Assembly (NCBI GenBank): GCA_951406725.2
Contig: OX597834.1
Span: 35,340,001 to 35,404,000 of the forward strand
Direction: 5' to 3'
DNA length: 64,000 bases
From: Octopus vulgaris
Lineage: Eukaryota
In this document: positions 28,479-43,169 of the stretch, piece by piece
Position numbering within the stretch: position 1 is the stretch's first letter
Layout of the letters: the number at the start of each line of letters is the position of its first letter
Notes under the pieces: generated by a model
Seen by the model: the letters and a program-made list of their open reading frames with translations, nothing else
Database searches by the model: none
What the model was told of the DNA's origin: nothing
Program-made: the position numbers and the translations under genes

Positions 28479-28789
28479 CACTACTACTACTACTAGTACC
28501 ACTACTACTACTACTACCACTACTACTACTACAGCAGGTTTTTGTTTGAATAATTTGTTGTAAAAGGACATGATTGACCAAACGGATTAATTAACTGACC
28601 TCCTATGGTAGAGAACTCAACTGGGAGAAGATGGAGTGTCGGGGTGTTGATGGTGATGGTCACGGTGGTGGTGGCGGCGGGGGTGGTGCTTAATTTAGTT
28701 GGACTAGACTGAGCTAATTACAAGCAATTAAATAATGTAGTTAACTGTGTTTACGTGTCTCTGTTTAATTAATCACAGTTGGATTTTAT

Positions 28790-30590
28790 TGAATTCAGAA
28801 ATGGACTAAAGATATATATGTATATTTCTGTCAATCATAAAATACATGTATGTATGTTTCTGTCAATCATAAGATACATGTATGTATATTTCTGTCAATC
28901 ATAATTCAGAAATGGACTAAAGATACATGTATGTCTATTTCTGTCAATCATAAGATACATGTATGTATGTTTCTGTCAATCATAAGATACATGTATGTAT
29001 ATTTCTGTCAATCATAATTCAGAAATGGACAAAAGATACATGTATGTATATTTCTGTCTACCATAATTCAGAAATGGACTAAAGATACATGTATGGATAT
29101 TTCTGTCAATCATAATTCAGAAATGGACTAAAGATACATGTATGTCTATTTCTGTCAATCATAATTCAGGAATGGACTAAAGATACATGTATGTCTATTT
29201 CTGTCAATCATAATTCAGAAATGGACTAAAGATACATGTATGTCTATTTCTGTCAATCATAATTCAGAAATAGACTAAAGATACATGTATGTATATTTCT
29301 GTCAATCATAATTCAGAAATGGACTAAAGATACATGTATGTCTATTTCTGTCAATCATAAGTCAGAAATGGACTAAAGATACATGTATGTCTATTTCTGT
29401 CAATCATAAGTCAGAAATGGATTAAAGATACATGTATGTATATTTCTGTCAATTATAATTTAGAAATGGACCAAAGATACATGTATGTATATTTCTGTCA
29501 ATCATAATTCAGAAATGAACTAAAGATACATGTATGTCTATTTCTGTCAATCATAAGTCAGAAATGGACTAAAGATACATGTATGTCTATTTCTGTCAAT
29601 CATAAGTCAGAAATGGACTAAAGATACATGTATGTATATTTCTGTCAATCATAAGTCAGAAATGGACTAAAGATACATGTATGTCTATTTCTGTCAATCA
29701 TAATTCAGAAATGGACTAAAGATACATGTATGTATATTTCTGTCAATCATAATTCAGAAATGAACTAAAGATACATGTATGTCTATTTCTGTCAATCATA
29801 ATTCAGAAATGGACTAAAGATACATGTATGTATATTTCTGTCAATCATAAGTCAGAAATGGACTAAAGATACATGTATGTCTATTTCTGTCAATCATAAG
29901 TCAGAAATGGACTAAAGATACATGTATGTATATTTCTGTCAATCATAAGTCAGAAATGGACTAAAGATACATGTATGTATATTTCTGTCAATCATAAGTC
30001 AGAAATGGACTAAAGATACATGTATGTCTATTTCTGTCAATCATAATTTAGAAATGGACTAAAGATACATGTATGTATATTTCTGTCAATCATAAGTCAG
30101 AAATGAACTAAAGATACATGTATGTCTATTTCTGTCAATCATAATTCAGAAATGGACTAAAGATACATGTATGTCTATTTCTGTCAATCATAAGTCAGAA
30201 ATGGACTAAAGATACATGTATGTATATTTCTGTCAATCATAATTCAGAAATGGACTAAAGATACATGTATGTATATTTCTGTCAATCATAAGTCAGAAAT
30301 GGACTAAAGATACATGTATGTCTATTTCTGTCAATCATAATTTAGAAATGGACTAAAGATACATGTATGTATATTTCTGTCAATCATAATTCAGAAATGA
30401 ACTAAAGATACATGTATGTCTATTTCTGTCAATCATAATTCAGAAATGGACTAAAGATACATGTATGTCTATTTCTGTCAATCATAAGTCAGAAATGGAC
30501 TAAAGATACATGTATGTCTATTTCTGTCAATCATAAGTCAGAAATGGACTAAAGATACATGTATGTATATTTCTGTCAATCATAAGTCAG
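28790..30590. repeat. 49-bp minisatellite, ~36 highly similar copies
   Basis: Unit ATAA(T/G)TCAGAAATGGACTAAAGATACATGTATGT(A/C)TATTTCTGTCAATC; period 49 (e.g. 29112 to 29161). Confidence 0.97.
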
Positions 30591-31878
30591 GTACAAAACA
30601 GCAAATATACGAAGTTTAGTCAGTTTAGAAAGTAGACTAGTATTCAGAAGATAACAAACATAGCATCTAAGACGCTCCAGTTATGACCAACCTGTCTTTT
30701 ATTCTACCACAATGTATCAAAGACTATATCAATTGAAGTGCTCTTCTCTAAAACAAAGATATTAGCATGTGCTTTAAGGGAGTTCTGGCTGATATTTCTA
30801 GGAGGTTGAGAGATAACATAGAAGGCTCCTTTACTGAAACATCTGTCTGTTTGTCTGTCTGTCTGTCAGTATGTACATATGTATATATGTATGTATGTAT
30901 GCATGTATATGTGTGTGTGTATGTGTGTGTGTACATGCACACACACATATATATATTATCTGTTGTTTCATCCATTGGATTGTGGCCATACTGGGGCACC
31001 ACCTCGAAGGGTTAAGTCAAGCAAATTATTAAGCCTGCTGCTTATTCTATTGGGATCTTTTGCCGAACTGCTAAGTCAAGGGACCTGTTGTAGATTGCAA
31101 GAGGGGGAGGTTGCGCATGTATAAGCATGTGATGTGTAAGGATGGCTACACCTTAGAGAAGTGGCAAGCACATCCTGCAGGAGAGAGGGAGGGAGAGAGA
31201 GAGAGAGAAAGAGAGGGAGAGAAAGACTTAGGACAAAGTGGTGGAGGCTGACCTCAAGATACTGAATCCTCAGGCAAGAGATGCCAAAAGGAAGACACTG
31301 CTTAGCTGTATGCAGTGGTAATCTACATAACACAATGTAACACCTTTTGAAAGTGAAGGCAAGGAAACAGTGACACACAGACAAAAATACATAAATATAT
31401 ATATATATATATACCGGAGTAAACACATAAATGTGAAACAAGGTGCAAAAAAGAGTACTCAAATACCAGAGGTAGAGTAATATGCTTTATTTAAAAGCAG
31501 CTTTTAAATAAAGTATAAATGTGTATATATATACATACATTATATATATATATATATTACACACACAGACACGCACATGCACATATATATACATATGTAA
31601 AAACATATACATATATACACCTATATACATATATAGGTGGTGAAAAGTTTCTGGTTTGGGTTAAAAGAAAATACAAGGAGATCAGTTAATTATGATTTTA
31701 TTCAACATAGGTCCCTTTCAGAGTCACTCACTTATTGCAGTGGTCCTTCGGTTTTTTTAAACCCTGTAAAGGAACCCAGCAGAAGCTTGGGCCCCTAACC
31801 AGGCCTTTCCCGATCTCCTTAAAGCCAGGAACTTTTCAGCAATCTCTCTCTCTCCCTCTCTCTCTCACACACACACAA

Positions 31879-32107
31879 GTACAATAGTACCTCGGTTTCC
31901 AAACAACTTTGATCATGAATAAATTGTGCTTTATCTCCTGTCTTTCTCATATTCATTTAAGAGTGGTTTATGAACGCCTCTGATCACAAATAAATTGTGC
32001 TTTATATATACATATATATATATAAATTGTGCTTTCTATATATACATATTTGTAAAGCAATGAATTTTTCATGATTAGAGTTGTTCGATAACTGAGGTAC
32101 TACTGTA
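31879..32107. mobile_element. Tigger/pogo-like MITE
   Basis: TA-flanked TIRs caatagtacctcggtt / aactgaggtactactg. Confidence 0.6.
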
Positions 32108-32145
32108 CATACCCCTCCCCGTATATATATATATATATATATATA

Positions 32146-32356
32146 TAACGGGAAGCTTTATGAAAATAGACAAAAGACGAAGGCAGGTGGAATACAAACA
32201 AACAATTGTATTAGTATGGCGCTCAGGAAATATAAATAAAACAAGTCTTTAACGTTTCGAGCCTACGCTCTTCAACAGAAAGATACACAGAGAAGAAACA
32301 CAGAAAGAAGGAGAGAAAAAAAATACGTGCAGAGGCTAGCGAATCAACATGGCGAT
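32146..32356 (-). mobile_element. Penelope-like terminal fragment with hammerhead-like motif (same family 52360-52540 +)
   Basis: TCTTT-CTGTTGA-A-GAGC-gtag-GCTC-GAAA-CGTT-AAAGA; embedded in (TA)n. Confidence 0.55.
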
Positions 32357-32447
32357 CTATATATATAGCCTCTCGCTCACCAGTCCCCAGTCAAATCGTC
32401 CAACCCATGCCAGCATGGAAAGCGGACGTTAAACAATGATGATGATG

Positions 32448-32534
<87 letters not shown>

Positions 32535-33179
32535 GTCATATGTAAACAAACACAAGTTTGATTTTGAAGCGTTGAAATGTACTGTAGGAAAAACTGTTCA
32601 GTATTTACGTATTGAAAAAATTTTTTACCTTTCTACTTGTTCTACAATACATATATAAATGTATATGACAGGCTTCCATACAGTTTCCATCTGCCAAATT
32701 CAATCACAAGGCATTATCCTGCAGTTATAGCAGGAGACATTTGCCCAAGGTGCCATGCAGCAAGATTGAACCTGAAGCCACATGGTTGCAAGGTGAGCTT
32801 CTTAACCACCCAGCCACACCTGTACCTACACAGCCAAGCCTCTAAATACAACACATGCACTGAAGACCTACCCAAGTGCAAGTAAACCTCAAAAGAGTGA
32901 GTTGAGATTATTTTCAACATGTATCTCCAAGCAGTGACACATTTACATAGAAGTTTTTTTTTTAACCTTGACGATACATATATGTGTGTGTGTGTGTTGT
33001 GGGTGCAGGCGTGGCTACATGGTAAGAAACTTGCTTCCCAACCAATGGTTCTAGGTTCAGTCCCATTGCATGGCAGTTTGGGCAAGTGTCTTCTACTATA
33101 GCCTTGGGCTGCCCAAAGCCTTGCCAATGGATTTGGTAGATGGAAACTTAAAGAAGCCCACAATATATATATATATGTG

Positions 33180-33356
33180 ACCACGTGTGTACTGTTGGCA
33201 ATTTTTTTTTTCTTCTGTTTTCCCTTCTCCTATGTTTCCAACGAAGAGCTCCGCTCGAAACGTTAAACCCTCCTTCTTTCCTGAGCGTCCAATAATACTA
33301 TATTTGTTCCACGTCCTCGCGTTGTGTTTTTTTTGTGCTTTCATGTTTGGATTAAC

Positions 33357-33360
<4 letters not shown>
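33180..33360 (+). mobile_element. Penelope-like terminal fragment with hammerhead-like motif (same family 2005-2205 -)
   Basis: GTTT-CCAACGA-A-GAGC-tcc-GCTC-GAAA-CGTT-AAAC; embedded in (TA)n. Confidence 0.55.
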
Positions 33361-33409
<49 letters not shown>

Positions 33410-34972
33410 TTTGATACTTTGATAGGTTTCGGCCATTATTGGCCCAGGCCATGTCTAACTTAATAGCACCACCTTGTGTTTGTTGCCCCACGATTGCTTG
33501 ACAACCAGTGTTGGTGTGTTTACATCCCCGTAACTTAGCGCCTCGGCAAAAGTAACCGATAGAGTAAGTATTAGGCTTACAAAGAATAAGTCCAGGGGTC
33601 GATTTGCCCGACTAAAAGGCAGTGCTCCAGCATGGCTGCAGTCAAATGACTGAAACAAGTAAAAGAGTAAAGAGTATATATATATATCACACACACACAA
33701 CTCACTCACTCACAGACACACACATACGATCACACACACACACACACAAACACATGCACACGCATACACATGAACACACAGACACAAGCACACATGCAAA
33801 TACACATAGATACACATAAACACACGTACACAAACACACATACAAATACACATATGAACACACGCACACACACACACATAGACACACATGAACACACACA
33901 CACCCAAGCACACATAAGTACACATACACACACACATGCGTACACAAACACACATACACACACACACACGTACACACACACATATGAACACACAGACACA
34001 CATACACACTCACGGTTGAGTGGAAACATTGCCTCTTCACTTATATACGCCCTAAGCTGTCATGTCATGTTTTTTTTGTGTTTTTCCTTTATGAAATTTA
34101 ACATAAAATGACTAATTTAACACTGGCAGCTAACAAGCACTCTATTCTATTCTTTGAATCTATTTTTGCTATCCTTTTCTCTTCCTTCCACATAATACAC
34201 ACATACACACACGCTGCAAAAAAAAAAAGCCCTCAACAAATATAAAACACGATGTTCATATTTGACTTTGGCAGAATTGGTAAAGTCATTGAGTATTCCG
34301 AGTTCAAATCCTACTGATGTCAACTTTGCTTTTCACCTTTTGTGGTGGGGTTTATAACATACATACCAGTCCAGAGTGTGTGCATTGGCAGAAAGGTTAG
34401 AATCTCAGAAGCAATGTCTTGCCGTACCGATACCCGTTCTGGTTCGTGATTGTAAGGTTGTAAGTTCAGTTCCTAGTGGTGTGTTGTGCCCTTCAGCAAG
34501 ACAATTTACTCCATGCTACTCGTGTTAACCCAGCTGGCAAAATGAGTCTTATGAGTAATTCGAAGGGCCAGCCTTGTCACACTCTATGCCATGCTAAATC
34601 CGCCATAGCAAGCCAGCAGATAGTTTATACATTATCAGTATATATTTCAGGCCAGAGTATGTGACACTGATAAGCTGCAACTACAGAGAAATACATATTT
34701 GTCACTCTCTCGATCACTTCTGATGTGGTTTCATTTGTGTAGCTCTGAAGTATGAAAGGGTAAAAATCCTCTTTGGCCATGAATGACCATGGGATTGCAC
34801 CAAGAAAGTTCCCCTTCAGTGGCACATGTCTGGACAAGGTTGTTTATGGAAGACCAGCAGTCGTCCATGTATACCAGCCTCCCCTCTCCATGCCACTGAT
34901 GTTATCCAAAGGGAAAGGCAAAGACTGAAAGGTAAGGCTCAGAAATATATGATGTCTTTTAATACTACCTAT

Positions 34973-35555
34973 TTAACCCTTCTGATATCAACCTGGTTGA
35001 AACTGCTTCTGGCTCTGTAGTACAAATATCTTGTTTTCAAAAGTCCTGAATTAAAATCTTCCACCAAACCTTAGTCACAATTTATGTTCCTAACACTAGC
35101 TGAATGATAACTAAGTTACTTTTACTAAATTCTTTGTTATACTTAAAGTAATTGAAAGAAACACAGAGTATATCTACAGAAATATGGTAACAAAGGGGTT
35201 AAAATATATAATAGAGAAACAATTCTTAACCCTTTTGATATCAACCTGGCTGAAACTGCTTCTGGCTCTGTAATACAAATGTTTTGTTTTCATAAGTTTT
35301 GAATTAATACCTTACACCAAACCTTAGTCACAATTTATGTTCCTACCATTAGCTTAATGATAACTAAATTACTTTACTAAATTCTTTGTTTTATTTAAAA
35401 TTAATTGAAAGAAACACAGAGCATCTCAAAATAAATATGGTAATGAAAGGGTTAAAATATATAATAGAGAAATAATTCTTAACTCTTTTGATATCATCCC
35501 GGATGAAACCGCTTCTGACTCCATCTGAACAGAAATACAGTGACAGAAGGGTTAA
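34973..35555. mobile_element. Tandem piggyBac-type MITEs (2 full + 1 internally deleted)
   Basis: TTAA|CCCT...(A/G)GGG|TTAA at 34973-35202 and 35226-35455, and a degenerate, deleted third copy at 35479-35555. Confidence 0.75.
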
Positions 35556-35649
35556 AGGGGTTTTCCGCAAATGAAAAACTGCAGCTTCTGGCATTTAAAA
35601 ACCACACATACATCAAGTATGTTATATTGATAATGTTTCCTTTTATTAC

Positions 35650-35965
35650 AGAGCTGTTTCTATTCTAGAATTTGAATATATATCTTGAACATTGCCATCG
35701 AGACACCAGGCTAGACACTGCAACAGCTTAGGTTCCAAGGGACCACAGCTTTTCGACATCCTTCCAAAAAGTCCGAGAGACCTGCATGGGGTGGATGTAG
35801 GTGTCTTCAAAAACAAAACTGGATCTCCTCCAGACAAGAGTTCCAGATGAACTTACCTCGTGGCAGGAAATGCAAATGAGGGCAGCAACAGCAAATTCCC
35901 TCATTCACCAATTATATCAGAGGAGGTTTCAAGTAAGGAAAGTGTAGCCAGACTAACAGCAGTAC
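35650..35965 (+). mobile_element. Decayed CR1/L2-group LINE 3' fragment
   Basis: NSLGSKGPQLFDILPKS.RDLHG.DVGVFK resembles the 'GP.LFN.LP' C-terminal motif. Confidence 0.5.
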
Positions 35966-35981
35966 CTCAGCATGACTGACA

Positions 35982-36416
<435 letters not shown>

Positions 36417-38764
36417 GCATGACTAAGAGAATACACACATGCACATACATATATATGTGAGTGTGTATGTGTGTGTGTGTGTGTATATATCTATATAAAT
36501 CTTGAATAATTGACTTTGTGCCTTTGATATGAGAACTCCTTCCTGAAATATAATAGAAGCATTGAAAAACCTGTGTCAGGTAATACAATATTCTGTTTTA
36601 GTCTTTATTTGTTGGCATCACTTTACATATTTTGCTCAACTTCCCACCACCATTGCTTAAAGGTTTCTATTTTAATATTGTTATCATTTACACTGCTTCA
36701 AGCATATAATAATAATAATAATAATGATAATAATATTCAAAGTGATTGTGCTACAGAGAGTTAGTTAACCTCAAGCACAGACACAGCTTGCTCAGATAAC
36801 ATAAAGTAAATAATACTTGATCAATAAAGTTTATTAATCAATGTGTGCCGTACAATTTATTCCATATTAAATTAGATACAAATTCCAATAAGATAACTGC
36901 CACTAAACTACTCCAATATATAGTAACAAAAGTTGCTATGTGGTTATAAATCAGTCGGTATATAGAATGAAGTATGTAAATATGCACTACATATGTTTCA
37001 AAGGAAAACTAAATGGAAGTTATGTAATTATACAGTATTATACAGATGATCAATATTCCTTTCTCATCAGGTACCTTTTACTTGTTGCTTACAAGTTCAT
37101 TGTCAAAAAGAAATTACTATGAGAAATTGGGCAGAAATAACTACACTTTCAACAGTGCAATTGTGGGTTGGTGAAATTGTACGACTTGCTTCCTGATTCC
37201 TGTTGAATATGCAACAAAACCTGCATCAACTAGAAACCTCTAAACAACTATTACCCTTACTAGAATTAGAGTCCCAATGAAAGACAATCACTTCACTTCA
37301 TAGTGAAGACATGACACGATGTAGGTAAACAAATTTGAGAAATTTGAAAAGAAAATACGAAACCGGTTATTTCTCCAAAAACTATGTTACTATACACAAA
37401 ATTTTCTAACATAACGACTTAAATATATTCTTTAACCTTATAACACAAGCCTTCTGTAGTTTTTTCACTCTTTTTTATTATATATATATATATATGACAA
37501 AACCACAATACACAAAGGAGTGAAAACCATTCTAAACAAGTTTAACCCTACAGCAACTAGAATTTTAATCGAGGACAGCTTAGTACCATGAGGACACAAG
37601 GTTTACAGTCAACAAGAGCATCAAGCATGTATGTTATACATCCCATCTTCAGCTGCCTAACAGATAATCATTATGGTTTCAACACCTGGGTAATACCATT
37701 CAATCTAGCAATGTCAATGCTGGTATGGGGTTGGATGGTTTGATAGGACCCAATAAGCTGGAGGGCTGCCTTGAGATCCAATGTTTATTTTGGCATTGTT
37801 TCTACAGTCGGATGCCCTTCTTAATACCAACCAATTTACAGAGTGTACTAGGCCCTTTTTTTAACATGGATGGCCTTTAAGAAGTGGTTAAGGAGTTTGC
37901 TTTGCAACAGAGTGCTTTGAGTTAGATTCCACTGTGTCACACTTTCGGCAAGTGTTTCCTTTTATGGCCTTATAGCCTCAAAGCGAGCAATACATTCTGA
38001 GTCAGATTTGATAGACAGAAACCACAGGAAAGCCCATCGTATGTGTGCGTATTCATCGTACTCAAAGTAAATAAAGATCAACAAAAAAAAAAAAAAAAAT
38101 CACGCCATCTGGTGAGAGATAAATATTATTCAATAGACACAATACATGCTATTATATGCAGCTAATAGTTTCATATGTTGAGAAATACCTCAAACGCATT
38201 CATCAGGCACAAACCACACATCACAATGAACTAAAAATTGAATGAGAGGAGATGCGAAAAATTGAGAAGGAATCATATATATATATATTTATGGCAGAGT
38301 GTTTATTTGAAGTTTGTTGGAGGATTTTGTACTCGGGTGGTACTCTATGTAAATAGTTACAAATAGTTATTGTTTAGCATACCCACTGTATGACACATTC
38401 AAACCTTGATAAAGTATATTTACAGAACAGTTCCACCCTAGTATAAAAATATCTAACTCTGTGTGTGTCGACATAGGTGTGTAGTTAAGAAGCTGGCTTT
38501 GCAGCCACGTGGTTTCGGGTTCGGTTCCACTGTGTGGCAGCTTTGGCAAAGTATCTTCTACTAGAGCCCCGGACCAACCCCAATGCCTTCCGAGCGAATT
38601 CGGTAGACGGAAACTGTATGGAAACCCGACGCATACATGTGTGAGCGTGTGTGAGTCTCCCTACTGCTCGATAACCACGGTAGGCTAGTTTACGTCTTTG
38701 TATCATAGCGGTTCGACAAAAAAGACCGATAGAATACGTACCAGGCACTAAAAAGATAAGTAGA

Positions 38765-38895
<131 letters not shown>

Positions 38896-39199
38896 AATGG
38901 GTCTATTAGTTGTTTCTCTTTCAAATTGGTTCTTGTAATATCCTAATGTGTCTCATTATGTTGAAGAATCCTCGCAGTAAAATTTATTTATAATGATGCA
39001 TGGTTTATTTCTTGTTAGTAAACATCGAATGGAGGTGAGGCACCTTGCTATGTTGCACATTAATGTATGTAATAAACTTGTGTGTAGAGTTTAGCCTGGT
39101 GTGTTCTATAATTATTTTTTTAGCTGATAAAAATAGCGCAAATAAAAGAAGAAGAAAAAAGAATTTTCAGGAAAGCGAAACACGATTGGACTTAATTAG

Positions 39200-39590
39200 A
39201 GAAAGAGAAAGAGCAGAGAGAGAGAGAAAGAGCGTAGGTAGAGCGAGAGAGACAGAAAGAGAGAGTGGGTAGAGGGAGAGAGACCGAGAGTAGGTAGAGG
39301 GAGAAAGAGATAAAGCAGAGAGAGAGAAAGAGAGAGTAGGTAGAGGGAGAAAGAAATAAAGCAGAGAGAGAGAGAAAGCGAGAGTAGGTAGACGGAGAAA
39401 GAAATAAAGCAGAGAGAGAGAGAAAGCGAGAGTAGGTAGACGGAGAAAGAAATAAAGCAGAGAGAGAGAGAAAGCGAGAGTAGGTAGAGGGAGAAAGAAA
39501 TAAAGCAGAGAGAGAGAAAGAGAGAAAGTAGAGGGAGAAAGAGATAAAGCAGAGAGAGAGAGGGGGTGATAGAAAGAAAGGTAGAGAGAC
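39200..39590. repeat. 48-bp purine-rich minisatellite
   Basis: agcgagagtaggtaga(c/g)ggagaaagaaataaagcagagagagagagaa repeated with period 48. Confidence 0.85.
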
Positions 39591-40059
39591 GTAGAAAGAC
39601 GGTGAGAGTGGGATTGGCAGTTTTTGTGTATGTATATATATATATGTAATAAGCGTGAGTGAATAGTAATAATGAGTGTGCGTATACACACATCCGTGTA
39701 TGTGTGTGAACAAGGAACATACGTACATATCTAAATGGTCAACAGCCTAACCTAAAAGTCTTTATCTAGGAATAAAACTGATATATACATGTAGTACACA
39801 CACGCATAGATATATATATGGTACACACACACACATATGGTGTGTATATATATATATATATATACATACACACACATACAATTGCATATGAATATAAAGA
39901 TCGCTGAACAATTTGGGTGTGTGTAAATATTTATTCATAAGACTAGCATAGTTCTCAATTCCTCCCTGTTAAAAATACAACAAAAACAACCACACACACC
40001 AATTTTAGTCTATACGAGTTTAATAAAAGGAAAAGACATTTTCTTCAAACGCAAAAATG

Positions 40060-40430
40060 AAGGCGAAGAAGCCATTGTAAGATGTCTTCTTCTTCCCTGC
40101 CGCCATCCAACATGGCCGCGGTAATGGCAGTGAAACGTGTAAAGCCTGACTTTGTGCAGCTTGCTTGCTTAACGTTCGTTCGTCTTTTTTAAAAAAGCAG
40201 GCATGCAACGACTACTTAAATAATGGGAGTGAGAATGAGAGCGAGCGAGAGAGCTAGCTAGCTTGTTTGCTTCATTCTTTTAACGCTTCCCTTTTGCTTA
40301 CATGCCACACTTGGAGGGAAAAGATGCCTGACTTCTTTGCCAACTTACTTCAGCACATCTCCTCTCTCTCTCTCTTTCACATGACTTACATCCTAAGAAC
40401 AAATGGTGTCACTTGGAAGCAGCTGTCTTT
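40060..40430. promoter_or_regulatory. CpG-rich unique element with opposed YY1-type motifs and E-boxes (candidate promoter)
   Basis: GCCGCCATCCAACATGGCCGC at 40099-40119; CACTTG, CACATG and CAGCTG at 40307-40425. Confidence 0.4.
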
Positions 40431-41188
40431 ATCTGTTTTCTCTTTCTCTCTTTTTAGTCTAGTCTTTGTTTATTTATAACAAAGCTTCAGTTTAATAAAA
40501 TAAAAAAAGAGAGAAAAAAAACCCCTACACAAAGTCTTTTTTTTTTAATCTTGCAGTGCAAATTTTCTTTATTTATATATTACAAACATTATTTCTTTTA
40601 AATATTTTTTCCTCCATTTTATAGAGAAGAATAAAAAAAAGTTTATAATTTTTAAAAAAATTCGTTTTTATTTTCCTCTTTAGACAAACAAGTTATTGTA
40701 TTTCTAAGTAAAATTACAAAATGTATTAAGGGGATTTTAAAATTTAAGGCTTACAATTGACACGTATAGGTGTGTGCGTGCGAGTATCTACACTTTACTT
40801 GATCTTTACTATCACACACACCTACATATATACATACATACATGTATGTATATATGTATGTAAGCGTGCGTGTGTATAATGTATGTGTGTAGATGTGTGT
40901 ATATATATATAGGATCTTTTGAAAAGATCCATATATATATATATATATATATACAAATACACACACACATATTTGTCTCAACCATGCCGACATTGAACGC
41001 ACGTGGCGATTTATTTCAATAATACGGCGTGTATATATATATATATATACACATACGTGCGCGCACAAACCATTTGACTGTGCGCGATTATTCACGCACG
41101 CGTACCTACATAACTATATAATGTACTTTTCGCGTTAGAAACATTCGCATTATAGTTAGATACAATTATACAGCATGCGATAATTTAC

Positions 41189-41457
41189 ATCTATCTATCT
41201 CTCTATCTGTCTGTCTATCTATCTATTTTTCTATCTCTCTATCTATCAATTATTTTCTGTCTATCTATCTATTTGTCTATTTACCTATCTATCTATCTAT
41301 CCGTCTCTCTCTCTCAATCTATCTGTCTGTCTATTTATCTATCTATCTGTCTGTCTGACTATTCATCTATCTGTCTGTCTGACTATTCATCTATCTTTCT
41401 ATTTGTCTATTTATCTATCTTTCTATTTGTCTGTCTATCTACCTATCTGCCTGTCTG

Positions 41458-41528
<71 letters not shown>

Positions 41529-41571
41529 ATGTCTGTCTATCTATCTATGTCTGTCTATCTATCTATCTATG

Positions 41572-41636
<65 letters not shown>

Positions 41637-41640
41637 ATTT
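41189..41640. repeat. (ATCT)n/(GTCT)n tetranucleotide tract
   Basis: Direct reading. Confidence 0.95.
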
Positions 41641-42075
41641 ATATATATACACATACATACACATATATACATATATCATCATCATCATCATCAAAGCAGC
41701 ATCTTCCCAACGCCATATATATATATATAGGGGTATATATGTAGGTTTCGTGTACTAAGTTACATGTTGTTACAGTTGTATATTACTAAGAGAAAGAAAG
41801 AAAACAGAAAAAGCCTAATTTAAAAATATATAGGTCGTCCTTAAGTTTTGGGCGCCTAACGGAAGGAGGCGGCGTAGGGGTGATGGCTAAGAGCTTAATC
41901 TGTATGATTAAGACTCATTTCCCAAATCCATAACGAAATAAACAGCCATTCTCTTGTAAAATGGAGTTTTAAGAATTCAGTTGAAAAGAGAAAAATCACA
42001 AATTGATTATATATATATAACTAACAGACACACACACACATATATATATATATGCACATATACATATATATATGC

Positions 42076-42120
<45 letters not shown>

Positions 42121-42123
42121 TAG

Positions 42124-42175
<52 letters not shown>

Positions 42176-42278
42176 ATATATACATACGGATATATACATA
42201 TATATGCACACATACAATTTATATATATATATATATAAATGTATGTGTGCATATATATGTATAACGTATGCTTATGTA

Positions 42279-42310
<32 letters not shown>

Positions 42311-42383
42311 GATAGATACATGCATATATATATATACACATACATACATAGATATATATACACACACACATATATATACATAC

Positions 42384-42438
<55 letters not shown>

Positions 42439-43169
42439 GTACACATATGTGTGTATGTCTATATAGACACATGCACACATATATACAAACACATAAGCAT
42501 ACATATGTACACATATACATATATATATTTACACATACACACATATATATATACACATGCATATATATATATATATATACAAACACAACCATACACACAT
42601 ACATACACTTGCATGCTGCACCCTAATATAGTTATGGTGGTGTACAAATAATAATAATAATTATTATTCATGCTAATTAAAGGTTAAATTCGATTGTTAT
42701 TTAACCCTAGGTCGGTAGGCCCTGATCGAGCAAAAGCTATGATATAAGGCCTTCTATAGCCTTAAGTACCCGCTTCTTTTCGCAGCCTTTATTAATCTAG
42801 GTCTCCATTGCACACGCTCCCTTTTCCTCCCACTCCCTATTCCATTTGTACTTTTAAAAATTGTAGGGTGTGGTATCGAGACTAGTTTCCTTGTTATTTT
42901 TAGCGGGAAGGACGAGTAGGACAAAGTAAGCCCGAGACAGATTAAAAGAAAGAAAGAGAGAAAAAAAAATAAGGATGTATTCATGGTTGGGGCGCCTTCG
43001 GGCGAAGATAAAGAACACGCACACCCGGCGTTTAGGGTTAGGGTTTGGGTTACGCCGAAAACGGGTGGTGTGCGTATTCTTTACCTCTACTCGCCTTTGG
43101 TCATAGGTCAGCTCGGTCAGGGCCGACCTGGGTCAGAGGAAGCAGCAACAAAAATATCACCATCATTAT

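Noticed and set aside
28790-30590. CRISPR-like array of palindromic repeats
   Set aside because: Units are contiguous with no unique spacers, there are no cas genes and the context is eukaryotic; it is a minisatellite
37070-37324. Exon-like segment with + strand acceptor and donor
   Set aside because: The frames I read contain stops and there is no link to other exons; at most a non-coding exon
40111-40126. ATG GCC GCG|GTAATG as a coding first exon of the BEN gene
   Set aside because: Its phase-0 donor is out of frame with the 54846 exon, which needs phase 2
43031-43052. Telomeric TTAGGG repeats
   Set aside because: Only ~3 imperfect units inside a small inverted-repeat element; not an interstitial telomere
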